Below, piece by piece: positions 1 to 10,266 of a stretch of DNA of 47,153 nt. A program made the translations under genes and the position numbers. The DNA lies in IMG/VR virus record IMGVR_UViG_3300030372_004498, positions 1 through 47,153 of that record; one strand, written 5' to 3'. This DNA is from a virus (Duplodnaviria; Caudoviricetes). How positions within the stretch are numbered: position 1 is the first letter of the stretch; each line of letters opens with the position of its first letter. Below the pieces are notes generated by a model, which did no database searches, was not told the DNA's origin, and saw only the letters and a program-made list of their open reading frames with translations.

Positions 1-99
1 TCGCAGCAAATACTTTCATAGCTGCCCACCTCGCCGTCCCCATCAAATGGCACATCAAGCCCCCAAAGGCGGCAGTCGACCAGCTTGCAAGAGGACGCC
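1..99 (+). repeat. Terminal direct repeat copy 1 (assembly circularisation overlap)
   Basis: Identical to 47055-47153; falls in the middle of an ORF; 99 is a common assembler k-mer size. Confidence 0.95.
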
Positions 100-1190
100 T
101 TACGGAAAAATACCGCCTTAGAGCCTACAGTGCGATCCCCGGAAGTTGTCAGGCCTTTGATAATGACGCGGTTCTTGGCGATAGTTGAGGGCGTACCGTT
201 GGCTTGCTGGCCAATGATGAAGATAGGATTGCCGTTTCCTGTCCGGTCGAAAACGCCCTGGCAGTCGATGACAAGCCCGGTGTGGTCGATATAGACATTA
301 TCCGCCCACCACGCACCATCAGGCACAATGACACACCCCTCGGCCCCTACGGTATTTACCGCAAGTTGGAATGCGGCGCTGCTGTCAGTAACCCCGCTGC
401 TGTCGGCGTTAAATGCCAGCACATTGTACGCCCCATCCGCCCCCGGCAGCACCTCCAGCTTCACCCCGCCCGCTGTAATGCGGTGGTAGCCTGTCGGGTT
501 AGTCGTCGCATGGAACGGGTCCGCACCTTCTGCCAGCACGCGAAAGCTGGACCTGTCCTCGCGGGTCTGCACGGTGTCGCCCTCAGCCACACCCGAAGCG
601 CCGGGGCCGTATGACAAGGTTTCGTCGGTGTCGATTGCCGCGCTGTTGTCTAGCCATACGCCGTCATACAGCGCCGCCTGTGCTGCGCTTGTGGCTGCTG
701 CGGTGGCTTGGTCGCCTGCATCCTCCGCGTGTTCCTGCGCTGACTTCGTGCCGGGACCGCCGGGTTCCGTGCCTTCCGCCCATGCTTGGGAGAGCTCAAC
801 CGCTTCAATCGCCGCGTCGTATTCCGCTTGCGTGAGGGTTGACCAGTAGGAGGTCGTCGCGGGCGGCAGTTCCTCGCGCAGAAGATCAGCCAGCGAATAC
901 GGGCCATCTTCGCCAACCTGAATGCGCCCGTATGTCTCGACAGGATAGCCCCTTTCGCTAATGAGTTCAACAAGATACGTTGTTCCGCGCAGGCCCGCCG
1001 TATTCGGCCAGAGTTCAAGCGCGATAGAGCCGTCAGCCTGCAATTCGGCTTCGATCTTGCGCGAGGCCGCAATCACGCCGTTGTCTGTTGCGTCATATTT
1101 GCTAAGCGCAAACCGGACGCTGCCGGTCGTGATAGGATCGCCGTCAGGCTCGGACAAACGCCCGGTGATGATTTGGGTATCAATCGCCAT
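1..1190 (-). CDS. Tailspike/depolymerase, 5' part (continues at 47054-46094; about 716 aa in total)
   Basis: ATG at 1190 after AAGGAG; open frame MAIDTQIITGRL... to base 1, joining the 46094-47107 ORF in frame; YNVLAFNADSSGVTDSSAAFQLAVN resembles the start of a pectate_lyase_3 beta-helix. Confidence 0.85.
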   Translation of the reverse strand, partial: MAIDTQIITGRLSEPDGDPITTGSVRFALSKYDATDNGVIAASRKIEAELQADGSIALELWPNTAGLRGTTYLVELISERGYPVETYGRIQVGEDGPYSLADLLREELPPATTSYWSTLTQAEYDAAIEAVELSQAWAEGTEPGGPGTKSAQEHAEDAGDQATAAATSAAQAALYDGVWLDNSAAIDTDETLSYGPGASGVAEGDTVQTREDRSSFRVLAEGADPFHATTNPTGYHRITAGGVKLEVLPGADGAYNVLAFNADSSGVTDSSAAFQLAVNTVGAEGCVIVPDGAWWADNVYIDHTGLVIDCQGVFDRTGNGNPIFIIGQQANGTPSTIAKNRVIIKGLTTSGDRTVGSKAVFFRKASSCKLVDCRLWGLDVPFDGDGEVGSYESICC

Positions 1191-1191
1191 C

Positions 1192-1374
1192 TCAGGCTCC
1201 TTTGAAAATGAGGTTCAGTTCGGCCAGCGTCAGGCCGTACTCTGCAATGGCAGCGATCACGACAGAGGACGTGCGTTTAACCGGAAGATCAGCGCCCGCC
1301 GCAATTGCCGTTTGCGCATAGCCGAGCCGGGCCAATCCCGATTGGAATTGGCCGTAAGTGATTGTTTCTCTCAT
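1192..1374 (-). CDS. Small hypothetical tail-region protein
   Basis: 60 aa ORF tightly packed in the operon. Confidence 0.65.
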   Translation of the reverse strand: MRETITYGQFQSGLARLGYAQTAIAAGADLPVKRTSSVVIAAIAEYGLTLAELNLIFKGA

Positions 1375-1383
1375 GGTTGGCCC

Positions 1384-1779
1384 CTAGGTGATCTTTCCGG
1401 CTTGACGGAAAAGGTCGTCTTTGGCCGCTTCATCTAAGCCCATAACGTCCCCGATGGCGTCAATCAGCCAGTGCTTGCGGCGCAACTCGGTCGCGTATTC
1501 CCACTCGATCCGCGCTTCGTCGCCTGCCGTACCTGTCATTCCAGAGATTGCAGTTTCAGCATCAGCCAGCAGCCCCGCACGCGACAAAGCAAGGCGCGCT
1601 TGGCGCATAGACACGGCGGCAGGGACAGCCTCGGGTTCAGGGGGCGGGGGCGTGAATGCCTCCCCGTCATATGCCCAGCCGATCTGAGCGCTACCTGCTT
1701 CAACCCAATTCTCAGCAAGCGGAGCGTCAGCTACAGCGATATTCGCGACAACGCCGCCTTCAATGATTGCGTAATTCAT
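1384..1779 (-). CDS. Putative tail fibre assembly/accessory protein
   Basis: AGGAG SD before ATG 1779; motifs IGWAYDG..FTPP, VSMRQARLAL and IEWEYATE..R are typical of proteins following tail fibres. Confidence 0.75.
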   Translation of the reverse strand: MNYAIIEGGVVANIAVADAPLAENWVEAGSAQIGWAYDGEAFTPPPPEPEAVPAAVSMRQARLALSRAGLLADAETAISGMTGTAGDEARIEWEYATELRRKHWLIDAIGDVMGLDEAAKDDLFRQAGKIT

Positions 1780-1789
1780 GCCCATCTCC

Positions 1790-3040
1790 TTACCAAGCCC
1801 AGATACGGACGCGCCCCGGCGCACCGTCACCCCCGCCGCCGTCATTCATCGAACCACCTCCGCCACCGCCGGGGACAGAGCCGTTGCCTGCTTTTGTTGA
1901 TGCAGAGTTATTGCCTGCCCCGCCATTGCCTGCGAATGTCGATGAGCCGCCAACACCATTCAAACCGCCAGCCACACCACCGCCCCCACCGCCTCCGTAG
2001 ATTGAAGGACCGCCCGCTAGGTTTGCTGCGAAAGTGCCGCCTGCGCCACCGTACCCAGAATGCGCCCCGACAGCCCATGACGGGTAGGTAATGGCGTCAC
2101 TGATCGTCGCCGCCGCAGCGCCCGCTTGGCTGGCAAAGGTATCTCCGTTAGGAACCCCCGGCTTGCCCGGTCTGGCGGTCAGATGAGCACCGAATGAGCT
2201 AGCCCCTCCAGAACTGCCGTTATTATTCCCACCGCTTGCCCCACCTGCACCGCCTGATCCGATAGTGACAGTTTCAGTTGCACTAAGGTCAGAGGCTTGG
2301 AAAAGGTAGAAGACGCCCTCGCCGCCTGATGCGCCACCGGCTTCGTTCGAGCCGTCAGAACGATTGCCGCCCCCACCGCCTCCGGCTACAGCCTCAACAT
2401 AGACGAAGTTTGCCCCGTCTGGCTTCGTCCACGTCCCAGATGTGAGAAATTCCTGATAATCAAACTTGGCTGCAATCGCCTGCGTCACACGGAGGGGGGT
2501 CATTAGTTTTTCGTTGTCGGTGCCTTCTTCGGCGTCAGCCTCGGAAGCCAGTGCAGGACCGCCCACCAGATCATCATAGTTGCCTGTGAAGCTGATCCGC
2601 ACCCACCGTGTCGCATCGTTCGCTGGGTCAGTCGCAACACCGCTATGCGAGAGAATGCAGCGGTATGTCTGACCGTTTACATTGGAGACAGCCGCGCTTG
2701 CAGGGTTGCTTGCGGTATAGGCGGCGTTTGGCACGTGCACATCAGCACCTGCTGCCGCAGCACCGCCGCTGATCGACAGCGCCGCGCTTAGGGCCGCGTC
2801 GTCTGCGCTGTCGGATGCTGCCCCTGCGCTTCCCGCTGCTTCACCTGCGCTATCGCTGGCCGCGCCTGCGCTGTCTGCCGCATTAGACGCTTGCAAAGCG
2901 AACCAAGATACCGAAGACGACAACTCATTGCGGAACGTCTTTTCCCAAGCGATGAACGGGTCTGTAAGGGCTGAGAATGTGGAAGGTGCCGCCCGGCTAG
3001 GAACTTGGGCCGGTGCCTCTGTGAACGTAGGATCGGGCAT
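1790..3040 (-). CDS. Tail fibre with C-terminal glycine-rich domain
   Basis: 416 aa; F.TSGTWTKP..A..V.VE..GGGGGG...GRVRIW glycine-rich domain; position distal to the tape measure gene. Confidence 0.8.
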   Translation of the reverse strand: MPDPTFTEAPAQVPSRAAPSTFSALTDPFIAWEKTFRNELSSSVSWFALQASNAADSAGAASDSAGEAAGSAGAASDSADDAALSAALSISGGAAAAGADVHVPNAAYTASNPASAAVSNVNGQTYRCILSHSGVATDPANDATRWVRISFTGNYDDLVGGPALASEADAEEGTDNEKLMTPLRVTQAIAAKFDYQEFLTSGTWTKPDGANFVYVEAVAGGGGGGNRSDGSNEAGGASGGEGVFYLFQASDLSATETVTIGSGGAGGASGGNNNGSSGGASSFGAHLTARPGKPGVPNGDTFASQAGAAAATISDAITYPSWAVGAHSGYGGAGGTFAANLAGGPSIYGGGGGGGVAGGLNGVGGSSTFAGNGGAGNNSASTKAGNGSVPGGGGGGSMNDGGGGDGAPGRVRIWAW

Positions 3041-3942
3041 TAGACTAGGCTCCTGATTTCGAGGTCCATGATTGTTTTATTCGCGTACTGGTAAAGAAAG
3101 TTGAAACTGCGATAGAACCCGAGGTAGGCGAGTTCGTTGTCGCCATGCTTGGTGTCGAACGCCCACACGGTCGGGACGCCGCGCTGGTCTGCTAGGCGGC
3201 GCTCAAGGTACGTGACACGGTAGGTATCGACCGCGACTGCTGGGGTTGCCGTCCGCGCGTAGCCTCGAATAACGGGGGTCGTGCGCCCAAATGCGTCTTC
3301 GTTCAGGCGGGTGTAGTCGTCTATCCCGAGCGGCACCTCATCCAGCGTCGTGCCAAATATCTCAGGTTGCCCGAAGGCGATCTGCCCCACCGCAGCGGTT
3401 GCGCTTGGGTTGTTTACGGTCACGCTGATTTCAGCGGAGGCGTAGGGCGGCAGGTCGGTGACGCACAGGGTGTCTTTCGTCACGATAGGCGAGAAAAAGT
3501 AGCTGTAGGCGTCAAGGACGTTGGTGTTGTCGGTCAGGTCATAAGTTTCATCATAAACCACGCCCTCCACCGGGTCTGTCACGGTGATCTGCACAGTCGC
3601 CCCGGTGATGTTGAACAGCGAAACGGCTGAGACAATCGCCCCCGGCGTTACCACCCAAGTTGCACTCTCTGCCCGCGTTGCCTGCGTCTGAATGATGCCA
3701 TCAAAGACCTGCCAGCGGTTTGTCGCGCCGAGGTCCGTCCACCATGTGCCATCATCGTCTTCGGGGTCGTTGTCAGTGTTACCCGCTTGGACGCTTTCCC
3801 ATACTCTGTGCGCCTTGATAACCTTGTCCTCAAGCGCGTAGGTGGTGCCGCTATCCCATGCGCTATAGTCGTCCTCCGTAATCGTGCTGCTGGTTAGGGT
3901 CGCGTCGGTGACCGGAACTACCGGGATCATTTTAGCGCTCAT
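3040..3942 (-). CDS. Tail tip/distal tail protein
   Basis: 300 aa, directly after the tape measure gene; N-terminal CBM-like AWDSGTTY...W..LGATNRW motif. Confidence 0.7.
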   Translation of the reverse strand: MSAKMIPVVPVTDATLTSSTITEDDYSAWDSGTTYALEDKVIKAHRVWESVQAGNTDNDPEDDDGTWWTDLGATNRWQVFDGIIQTQATRAESATWVVTPGAIVSAVSLFNITGATVQITVTDPVEGVVYDETYDLTDNTNVLDAYSYFFSPIVTKDTLCVTDLPPYASAEISVTVNNPSATAAVGQIAFGQPEIFGTTLDEVPLGIDDYTRLNEDAFGRTTPVIRGYARTATPAVAVDTYRVTYLERRLADQRGVPTVWAFDTKHGDNELAYLGFYRSFNFLYQYANKTIMDLEIRSLV

Positions 3943-6900
3943 GATGCTGCCCTCGTGCGCAGGGCATCTTCTTCGCCCGATATGTCAATCAAGGTGTCGT
4001 CCCACTTCTGCGCTATGGCTGCGCTCTTGCCTGTATGACGGGCAGTGCTGCGGTTGATTGCGGTCAGTTCGTCAACCTTGGCCGAAAGCTGCGCCACTAG
4101 CGCCTCTAGCCTGCCGTTCCCGCCCTTCGTGTGATCCGTGACAGTCTCGCGCGGGTGCAGCATTGCCATGAAGCCGCCCTTGCCGTCCAAACCGCCAGAG
4201 CGAGGACCATTGCCGGTGTAGCCGCCGCCGTCATAGCTACTGACGCTGCGCATGTACTCTTGCCAATCGCTGCCATCGCCGCCGTCGCTGCCGGAGAAGT
4301 CATAAACTGGTGCGCTGCCTGCGCCACTGCCCCCGCCACTTGTCGCCGCCTGTGTTGCTTGGAACCCTGCGATTGCACTCTTGAGTGACAGGACGCTATC
4401 GTTGACCCCAAGAAGCGCATCAAGCTGCTGCTGCAACATGTCCACTTCACGGTCGGCTTGCGTTTCCATCGCGGCGATCTGCTGCTCCAGCAGCAACACT
4501 GACCGCTCATCGGCGCTCAAGGCAAAAGCAGCCGTCTTTTCCAGCGCACGAATAACACCGGAGGTCCGGTCAAAGTCGCGGCGGTAGTCTTCAAGCGTCT
4601 CGTAAGTATCCGCAGAGGGGTTCGCCACCGCCTGTAGGGCCGCTTGCAGCGCGTCTAGGTCGTTTATCTCGCCCTGCCCCACGAGAGACCGCAGGTACTC
4701 CGCAGCGCGGTCCTGCGCCTGCCGTTCGGCCTCCACGCTTGGGAAGATGCGCGACTTGAGTGCGCTCTCCAATGCGTTCGCGATTGCGCGAGAGGACGCC
4801 AGACGTTCACGCGCTCCTGTAAGGCTGTTTTGCAGGCCACTTATGGCCGCTTGCGATGCCGCCCGCGTTGCTTCCATCTCACGCGCAAACGCCGCTTGCA
4901 GGTCTTGCGCTGCCTTGTCCTGCAACGCCTGCTGCCCGTCGATCATGCCCGCAAATGCGCCGGACATGCCGATGAGAGAAGCGACTTGCTCCATATTCCC
5001 CATGCGCTCAGCCTGCTCAACAAGCGCCCGGAAGCCTTCAATCGTCGCAGGCATGATAAGGCCAAGTTCAGCCATCGCCTCGCGCATGTTGCGGGTGGCG
5101 TTCGTCACTTGCTCTGCATCGGTGTAGAACCGCTGGTAGTAAGCCGAGGTCGCCTGCGCCATCTGCTCAACGCCGCCGAATAGGTCAGCAAACTCACGCG
5201 CCGCCACACCGCCCGCAACGCTGGTTTCGTACATCGTGAAGCCGAGGTCGCGGAATGCGATGTTTGCCGTTTGCAGCGAACTCGCCAGCGCCGATAGAGC
5301 CTGATCCGCCGTCTCGCCCTCGCGAATGACGTTGCCCAATTCCTCTTGGAAATGTCCGAGCGCCGCATAGCTGAACTGCTCGGCCAAAACGCCGAAAGCC
5401 CGCTGAATTTCCGCCTGCGCTTCTTCTTCCGACAGGTCTTTCAGGGATACGCTGATCTGGCTGGCAAAGCTGCTGAAATTATCAGCCGAGAGACCTAGCA
5501 CATCGCCCATTGCCAGCGCGCTATTCTTGATCTCGTCTACCGCGTCCTTGATTGGGCCATCATCCTCCATCGGGGAGTAATTCGTGCTGCGGCTCTTGCT
5601 CAGCCCCCAGAAGCGCGACTTTTCAATCTTCTCAAACTCCTCCACCAGCGTAGAGGTGGCGTCAGCCGTGATGCGCAGCCCCTTGTCGAGAATCTTTGTT
5701 TTGCTGGAGAAGAAGCTAAAGACCGCCGCGACCGCAGCCACGGGGAGAGCAACCGCGCCGATGGCCGTGCCAAGCCCTGCAAGTCCCGATGTGGCCTGCG
5801 TAGCCATCGCGCCGACCGCACTTAGCCCGCCACCGATGCCGCCGCTTGTGAACGCCCCCAGAGCCGCAGACGCCCCGCCGAGGATGCCAGAGCCACCGCC
5901 CCACGCCCCTAGCAAGCTGCCAAACATGCCCCCCGCGCCACCGCCGATGCCCATGAGGTTGCCAAGCCCACCCCCGCCCGGTGCTGCGGCCTGTGCTGCG
6001 GTGCCACCGACACCCCCGGCACTGATGCCCATACCGATCATAATGCGGTTCTTAGCCGCCATTGCGATCATCTGGCTCAGCATCCCCTTGAACGTGTCTA
6101 AGATACTGCTCGCGAAGTCCTTGAAGCTGCTAAAGCCATCGGCCACAAAGTCACCGAAAGCGTTAGCCACGCCATCAATCCCGCTCACAAGGATGTTTGC
6201 CTTTTCGGTCCCCATGTCCTCGGCGGTAAACGCGGCCTCTTTTAGAGCATCGTTGAAGGCTTCGGCCTCTGTCTTGGCCCGTTCAAGTTCGTCCGCCGCC
6301 GCGCCTGCGCCTTTTGCCGCCTTAGCCCCTGCCCCGCCTGTATCCTCTAGCGTGTCGTTTAAGCCCGACCCGGTGTCCTCAAGTTCGCTTGCAGCCGCTT
6401 CGGTTTCCTCAACGCTGCCGCCAAGTGCGGCAAGCGCCTCACGCGCAGGGCCAAAGGCTTCCTTGATGGTTCCCGCAGCGGTTGCGAAAGCACCAGACGC
6501 CGCATCGCGAGCCGCATAACCCGACCGTGCCAAAGAACCAGACGCTTCATCCGCGCTATTGGCTACATTCATCAATGCGGCGCTCATGCCCTCAAAGGCT
6601 GGCACGCCTGACATCCCGTTGGCCATCTTCCAAACAAAGTCAAAGAACCCGGTCGCCATGTCAGAGAGAGCGAGCAAGAACCCCGACTTCATCAAGTTCC
6701 AAACGCCATTGAGCGCCGGGGGAATTGCCGCAGCGGAATCCACAATCCCCTGCCACACTGCGCCAGCGACGTTGCCCAATTGGACGAATGCCTTGCCAAC
6801 GCCTCCGGTTGTCTTAACCAATTCAGTGAATTGGTAGATCATCTCCCCTGCCAGCACGACAAGCGCACCGATGCCAGTGCGAATGAACGCTTTGCGCAGT

Positions 6901-7922
6901 GTGATAAGGGCGCGGGAAAGCGTTAGCGTCTTAGCCGCCGCCGTGACCATCGCAGCCACATACGCCCCGCCGATCACGCCCGCTGCTGTGGCCGCATAGA
7001 TTGCAATTCGGTCGATGTTTTCCGCTAGCAGAATGATGCCCTCTGCCAAGGCAGCACTTGCGCCAAGCGCAGAATCCAATTCCCCCACGAACAGCGTGAA
7101 ACTTGTCCCAAGGACTGAGACAGCCTGCGACACGGTCGGAACTGTGCTGCCGAACGCGGCCTCCAATGCCTCTGTAGAAGACATGATTGCATCGAAGAAT
7201 TCCCGGCTGCTGATCTCGCCTTCAATAACCATCGCACGCAGCCTGCCGACCGAACCCGCCGCTCCGTCGATTGCGTTAGCTGCCGCCTGGGCGATGGGAT
7301 ATGCGCCCTCAAGGATGCTGTTAAATTCTTCGGCTCTAATCACCCCGCCTGCCATGGCTTGGGAAAGCTGCAAGAGCGCACCAGATGCCGCCTCGGCGCT
7401 GCCCCCTTGTTGGGCCAACGCCAAATTCACATTTTCTGTAAATCGCAGAACGTCAGCCTGAGACGCCCCCAAATCTTTGCCCGCGATGCTAATGCGCTGA
7501 TAAAGTTGCGCTGTGGCCTCAAGCGGGGCGCGTGTGCGAATTGCAATATCGCCAATCGCCTGAATTTGCGCGGGAACTTGCCCCGCATCGACACCTAACG
7601 CGCGAAGGCTGTTGCCGATCCGCGCATATGCTTGCGATGCTTGCCCAACTGCCCGCAAAGATGTGAAAGACGCGGCCAAACCCGCCAGAACCTTAGTCGC
7701 CGCAAGAGCCATCGCCCGTGTCTGGTCTGCCGCCGAGTTGAACCCCTTGATCTGGGGGGTTGCCTGCCCCGCGCCACGACCGGCACGAACAAAACCGCGC
7801 TCAGTGCCGCCAACCGCCTTTTCGGTACGCGCACCAGCCCTCGTGGTTTCATCAAGGACTTTCTTGCCGCGTTCTAGGCCGGTCGTGTCAGCCTTCAGCA
7901 GAAGTGTAGCAAATTCGGCCAT
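3939..7922 (-). CDS. Tail tape measure protein
   Basis: 1327 aa, Ala/Gly-rich; tape_meas_nterm-like motif (ALLQLSQAMAGG..RAEEFNSI); C-terminal GGYTG.GPRSGGLDG.GGF. Confidence 0.95.
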   Translation of the reverse strand: MAEFATLLLKADTTGLERGKKVLDETTRAGARTEKAVGGTERGFVRAGRGAGQATPQIKGFNSAADQTRAMALAATKVLAGLAASFTSLRAVGQASQAYARIGNSLRALGVDAGQVPAQIQAIGDIAIRTRAPLEATAQLYQRISIAGKDLGASQADVLRFTENVNLALAQQGGSAEAASGALLQLSQAMAGGVIRAEEFNSILEGAYPIAQAAANAIDGAAGSVGRLRAMVIEGEISSREFFDAIMSSTEALEAAFGSTVPTVSQAVSVLGTSFTLFVGELDSALGASAALAEGIILLAENIDRIAIYAATAAGVIGGAYVAAMVTAAAKTLTLSRALITLRKAFIRTGIGALVVLAGEMIYQFTELVKTTGGVGKAFVQLGNVAGAVWQGIVDSAAAIPPALNGVWNLMKSGFLLALSDMATGFFDFVWKMANGMSGVPAFEGMSAALMNVANSADEASGSLARSGYAARDAASGAFATAAGTIKEAFGPAREALAALGGSVEETEAAASELEDTGSGLNDTLEDTGGAGAKAAKGAGAAADELERAKTEAEAFNDALKEAAFTAEDMGTEKANILVSGIDGVANAFGDFVADGFSSFKDFASSILDTFKGMLSQMIAMAAKNRIMIGMGISAGGVGGTAAQAAAPGGGGLGNLMGIGGGAGGMFGSLLGAWGGGSGILGGASAALGAFTSGGIGGGLSAVGAMATQATSGLAGLGTAIGAVALPVAAVAAVFSFFSSKTKILDKGLRITADATSTLVEEFEKIEKSRFWGLSKSRSTNYSPMEDDGPIKDAVDEIKNSALAMGDVLGLSADNFSSFASQISVSLKDLSEEEAQAEIQRAFGVLAEQFSYAALGHFQEELGNVIREGETADQALSALASSLQTANIAFRDLGFTMYETSVAGGVAAREFADLFGGVEQMAQATSAYYQRFYTDAEQVTNATRNMREAMAELGLIMPATIEGFRALVEQAERMGNMEQVASLIGMSGAFAGMIDGQQALQDKAAQDLQAAFAREMEATRAASQAAISGLQNSLTGARERLASSRAIANALESALKSRIFPSVEAERQAQDRAAEYLRSLVGQGEINDLDALQAALQAVANPSADTYETLEDYRRDFDRTSGVIRALEKTAAFALSADERSVLLLEQQIAAMETQADREVDMLQQQLDALLGVNDSVLSLKSAIAGFQATQAATSGGGSGAGSAPVYDFSGSDGGDGSDWQEYMRSVSSYDGGGYTGNGPRSGGLDGKGGFMAMLHPRETVTDHTKGGNGRLEALVAQLSAKVDELTAINRSTARHTGKSAAIAQKWDDTLIDISGEEDALRTRAAS

Positions 7923-7986
7923 TTACGGAATCCTTGCGAGACAAGGGCCGCGCCAGTACGTTTAGCGCGAACCATTGGAGATATTC

Positions 7987-8373
7987 ATGAGAATGCTATT
8001 GATTGCGTTGGCGCTGGCTGCGCCTGCACATGCGGACATTTCAGACAAGGTGTCGGTCGCCGGGTGCGATTTTTCAGATATGAGCCGTAGCTGGATATTG
8101 TGCGATATTACCAATCACACCGAACACTCGATTGCCTCAGTTTCAGTGCAGCACATTTATACGGAGCCGGGCCGGACCATCCCGTGGGTTGATACCAGAG
8201 ATAGCGACTTGCCTTACGGAACTGGTGATATTGCTGGCGGGATAGAGCCGGGTGAAACGATAAACCACATCGTTCGGACGCCCGGCCTGTCGAGCCGTGC
8301 TGACCCCAAGGCCGTTGAGTTTGCAATTACCCCGATCAAAGCCGTTACGGCTAACGGTGACGTTTTGGAATGA
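7987..8373 (+). CDS. Secreted moron protein with signal peptide
   Basis: MRMLLIALALAAPAHA|D Sec signal; GGAG SD; opposite strand to the tail operon. Confidence 0.8.
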   Translation: MRMLLIALALAAPAHADISDKVSVAGCDFSDMSRSWILCDITNHTEHSIASVSVQHIYTEPGRTIPWVDTRDSDLPYGTGDIAGGIEPGETINHIVRTPGLSSRADPKAVEFAITPIKAVTANGDVLE

Positions 8374-8426
8374 CGTAGGACACCCCCGAAGGGATGCCCA
8401 AGGCGGCTAGGCCGCGTTTTTGTCGA

Positions 8427-8831
8427 TTAGCCCGGCGTATTGTGCCTGCGAAAAGCGGCGAAAGCGTCCTCTAACGGCATTTTGAAGTAATCCCGCATGG
8501 CCTGAGCCGCGATATCACAATAGGCGGTGTGCTTCGGCCCACCGTAAGCACTGACTGCCCCATCCCGGTTATCAAGCGCTCCGGCCAGCCCCTGCGCGAT
8601 AGGATGCGCAACGATTGTGACGATACTGCCCTTAAAGCTGACTGCTTTCACCAAGTCACCTCCGTCTGGGAACCGCTGGCACAAGCGGACAATCGCATCA
8701 TCTGGATATGGGCTGTCGAGCGCCGCAGCCAGTTGCAGGATATCCACCCAAGGAAAGTCAGGCACCCCGATCAATGGCGACTTGTGAAAAGTGACGGGCA
8801 TCCCATTGAGTTGAAGTGTAGCGGACTTCAT
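8427..8831 (-). CDS. Hypothetical protein (antirepressor operon)
   Basis: 134 aa; ATGA overlap with the upstream gene. Confidence 0.7.
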   Translation of the reverse strand: MKSATLQLNGMPVTFHKSPLIGVPDFPWVDILQLAAALDSPYPDDAIVRLCQRFPDGGDLVKAVSFKGSIVTIVAHPIAQGLAGALDNRDGAVSAYGGPKHTAYCDIAAQAMRDYFKMPLEDAFAAFRRHNTPG

Positions 8832-9565
8832 TCGTCACCGCCTTTGGCAAATATTTTAGCAAGCCTAGTCAAACCCTTAGGCGTAATCATTAACGTGATG
8901 CTGATCCCCTTCTCACCATCACTCTTGGTGTACTCACCGTGCTTGTGGTCGAGATAACCCACGTTTCTCTTGTCCGTGTAGGCTTGCAGTGGTCCCTTCC
9001 CGCTCTGACGGAATGCCCAGCGGTTAACCTGTAACCACGTTTTCAGCTTGTGCTCTGGAATGCCCAGAACCTTTGCGGCGGGGCGAACTGACAGGCTTCC
9101 ACTCATGGCCTCGATCTGTTCAAGTGCGGCGACATCACCCTTCATGGATTCGATTTGCTTGGCTTGCGCTTCCATAGTCGAGTTGGCTTCGATTAGCGCC
9201 GCTGCGATCAGTTGCTTGCCAGACAGAACTGCCGAGTGCTTTTGCTCACCCTCCAATTCTTCCAGCCGCTTCACCACACGATAGCGTAGGTCGGCCCGAT
9301 ATCCGGTGATCAACGTCACTGTCAGGTCTTTAGGTAACCGATACTCTTTTCGAGCCTCACCCTTCGCGTCCCTGTACTCGGCTGTGAAATCGACCGCCCC
9401 AAAGTTGGGGGCGTCAATATCTCGTAGCATCTTCTCGATATCACGCAATACGTGGTCATGCCGCTTCTCACATAGGGTGGCAATTTCACGGCTGCTCATG
9501 GTAAGGGCCTCACCGAACATGGCTGGCATCGCGGCGGGGCTTCTGATTTCTGCTTGCTGCCCCAT
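8828..9565 (-). CDS. rha: Rha-family antirepressor with C-terminal ANT/KilAC domain
   Basis: MSSREIA..CEKRHDHVLRDI (Rha) plus LSVR.AAK.LG...L..WL....W...ITPKGL..L (ANT). Confidence 0.9.
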   Translation of the reverse strand: MGQQAEIRSPAAMPAMFGEALTMSSREIATLCEKRHDHVLRDIEKMLRDIDAPNFGAVDFTAEYRDAKGEARKEYRLPKDLTVTLITGYRADLRYRVVKRLEELEGEQKHSAVLSGKQLIAAALIEANSTMEAQAKQIESMKGDVAALEQIEAMSGSLSVRPAAKVLGIPEHKLKTWLQVNRWAFRQSGKGPLQAYTDKRNVGYLDHKHGEYTKSDGEKGISITLMITPKGLTRLAKIFAKGGDE

Positions 9566-9957
9566 TACGCCACCCCCGCCTTGAGAGCGCCAAGCAGGTT
9601 GGCGAACAACTTGCTATCCAGATCGCGCCAAATATTGCCGGTCACATAATCCCCGAAGTCGTCTAGCGCATACTCAAGCTGAGCAACCGCGCCCGCCATC
9701 GTCTTGGGCTGCGTGGTGCAGATTTTCTCTTCAATTGCGTGAAGCTCGGCTTCCAGCGTGTCGTCGCCATCATCCAGCTTGTTGATGTCGTCGCGCAGCG
9801 CTTTCCATTGCTCCCACCAGTTGGGGATCGGGTCGTCCTGCACCGGGGTATCCGGCATCTTGAACGCATGGGCCGCTGTAGCTGTTGCCGCGAGGGCCGG
9901 AATTGCCGCGAAGATCGAACGGCGGTTGATTTTCTTCTCGGTTGAACGTATATTCAT
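9565..9957 (-). CDS. Hypothetical protein with twin-arginine-like N-terminus
   Basis: INRRSIFAAIPALAATATAAHA; translationally coupled to rha. Confidence 0.75.
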   Translation of the reverse strand: MNIRSTEKKINRRSIFAAIPALAATATAAHAFKMPDTPVQDDPIPNWWEQWKALRDDINKLDDGDDTLEAELHAIEEKICTTQPKTMAGAVAQLEYALDDFGDYVTGNIWRDLDSKLFANLLGALKAGVA

Positions 9958-10035
9958 GACTGAAAGTCCTTTTGATTTCCGTCGAAGGTTTCACTAAAGA
10001 CCGTTGGAGTGTCCGCTCCGGCGGTCTTTCTCGTT

Positions 10036-10182
10036 TCAGGGGGCAGCATCACCCGCCTCCATCTTTTCACGCAGAGCCATTACGATCTCGCTGCTTTGGC
10101 TGCGCATGTTCTTCTTAGCTTGGTTCGCAAGCCAGTCCTTAACATCCCGGGGGATCACTAGCTTGAATTGCTTCTGTTCCAT
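10036..10182 (-). CDS. arc: Arc-family ribbon-helix-helix repressor (48 aa, not in ORF track)
   Basis: MEQKQFKLVIPRDVKDWLANQAKKNMRSQSSEIVMALREKM; AGGAGAGG SD. Confidence 0.85.
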   Translation of the reverse strand: MEQKQFKLVIPRDVKDWLANQAKKNMRSQSSEIVMALREKMEAGDAAP

Positions 10183-10190
10183 TTCCTCTC

Positions 10191-10256
10191 CTTTGTACCT
10201 TTAATGTACCCTAGGTACAATTGATGTACCCTTGCGTCAAGTACATTTTTTGTACA
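10191..10256. promoter_or_regulatory. Operator/promoter region between divergent Arc-family genes
   Basis: Six GTAC cores (10195, 10206, 10215, 10226, 10241, 10252), mostly as TGTACC/GGTACA. Confidence 0.7.
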
Positions 10257-10266
10257 AACGGGGTTC

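Noticed and set aside
1-99. Biological terminal repeat
   Set aside because: Exactly 99 bp, in the middle of a gene and far from the terminase genes; best explained as an assembler k-mer overlap.
1790-3040. Diversity-generating retroelement target in the tail fibre or tailspike
   Set aside because: No reverse transcriptase and no template/variable repeat pair seen.
4106-7965. Long antisense or alternate-frame ORFs over the tape measure gene (also over the capsid, terL, helicase and 28159-29151)
   Set aside because: Shadow ORFs expected in GC-rich coding DNA; no SD or recognisable motifs.
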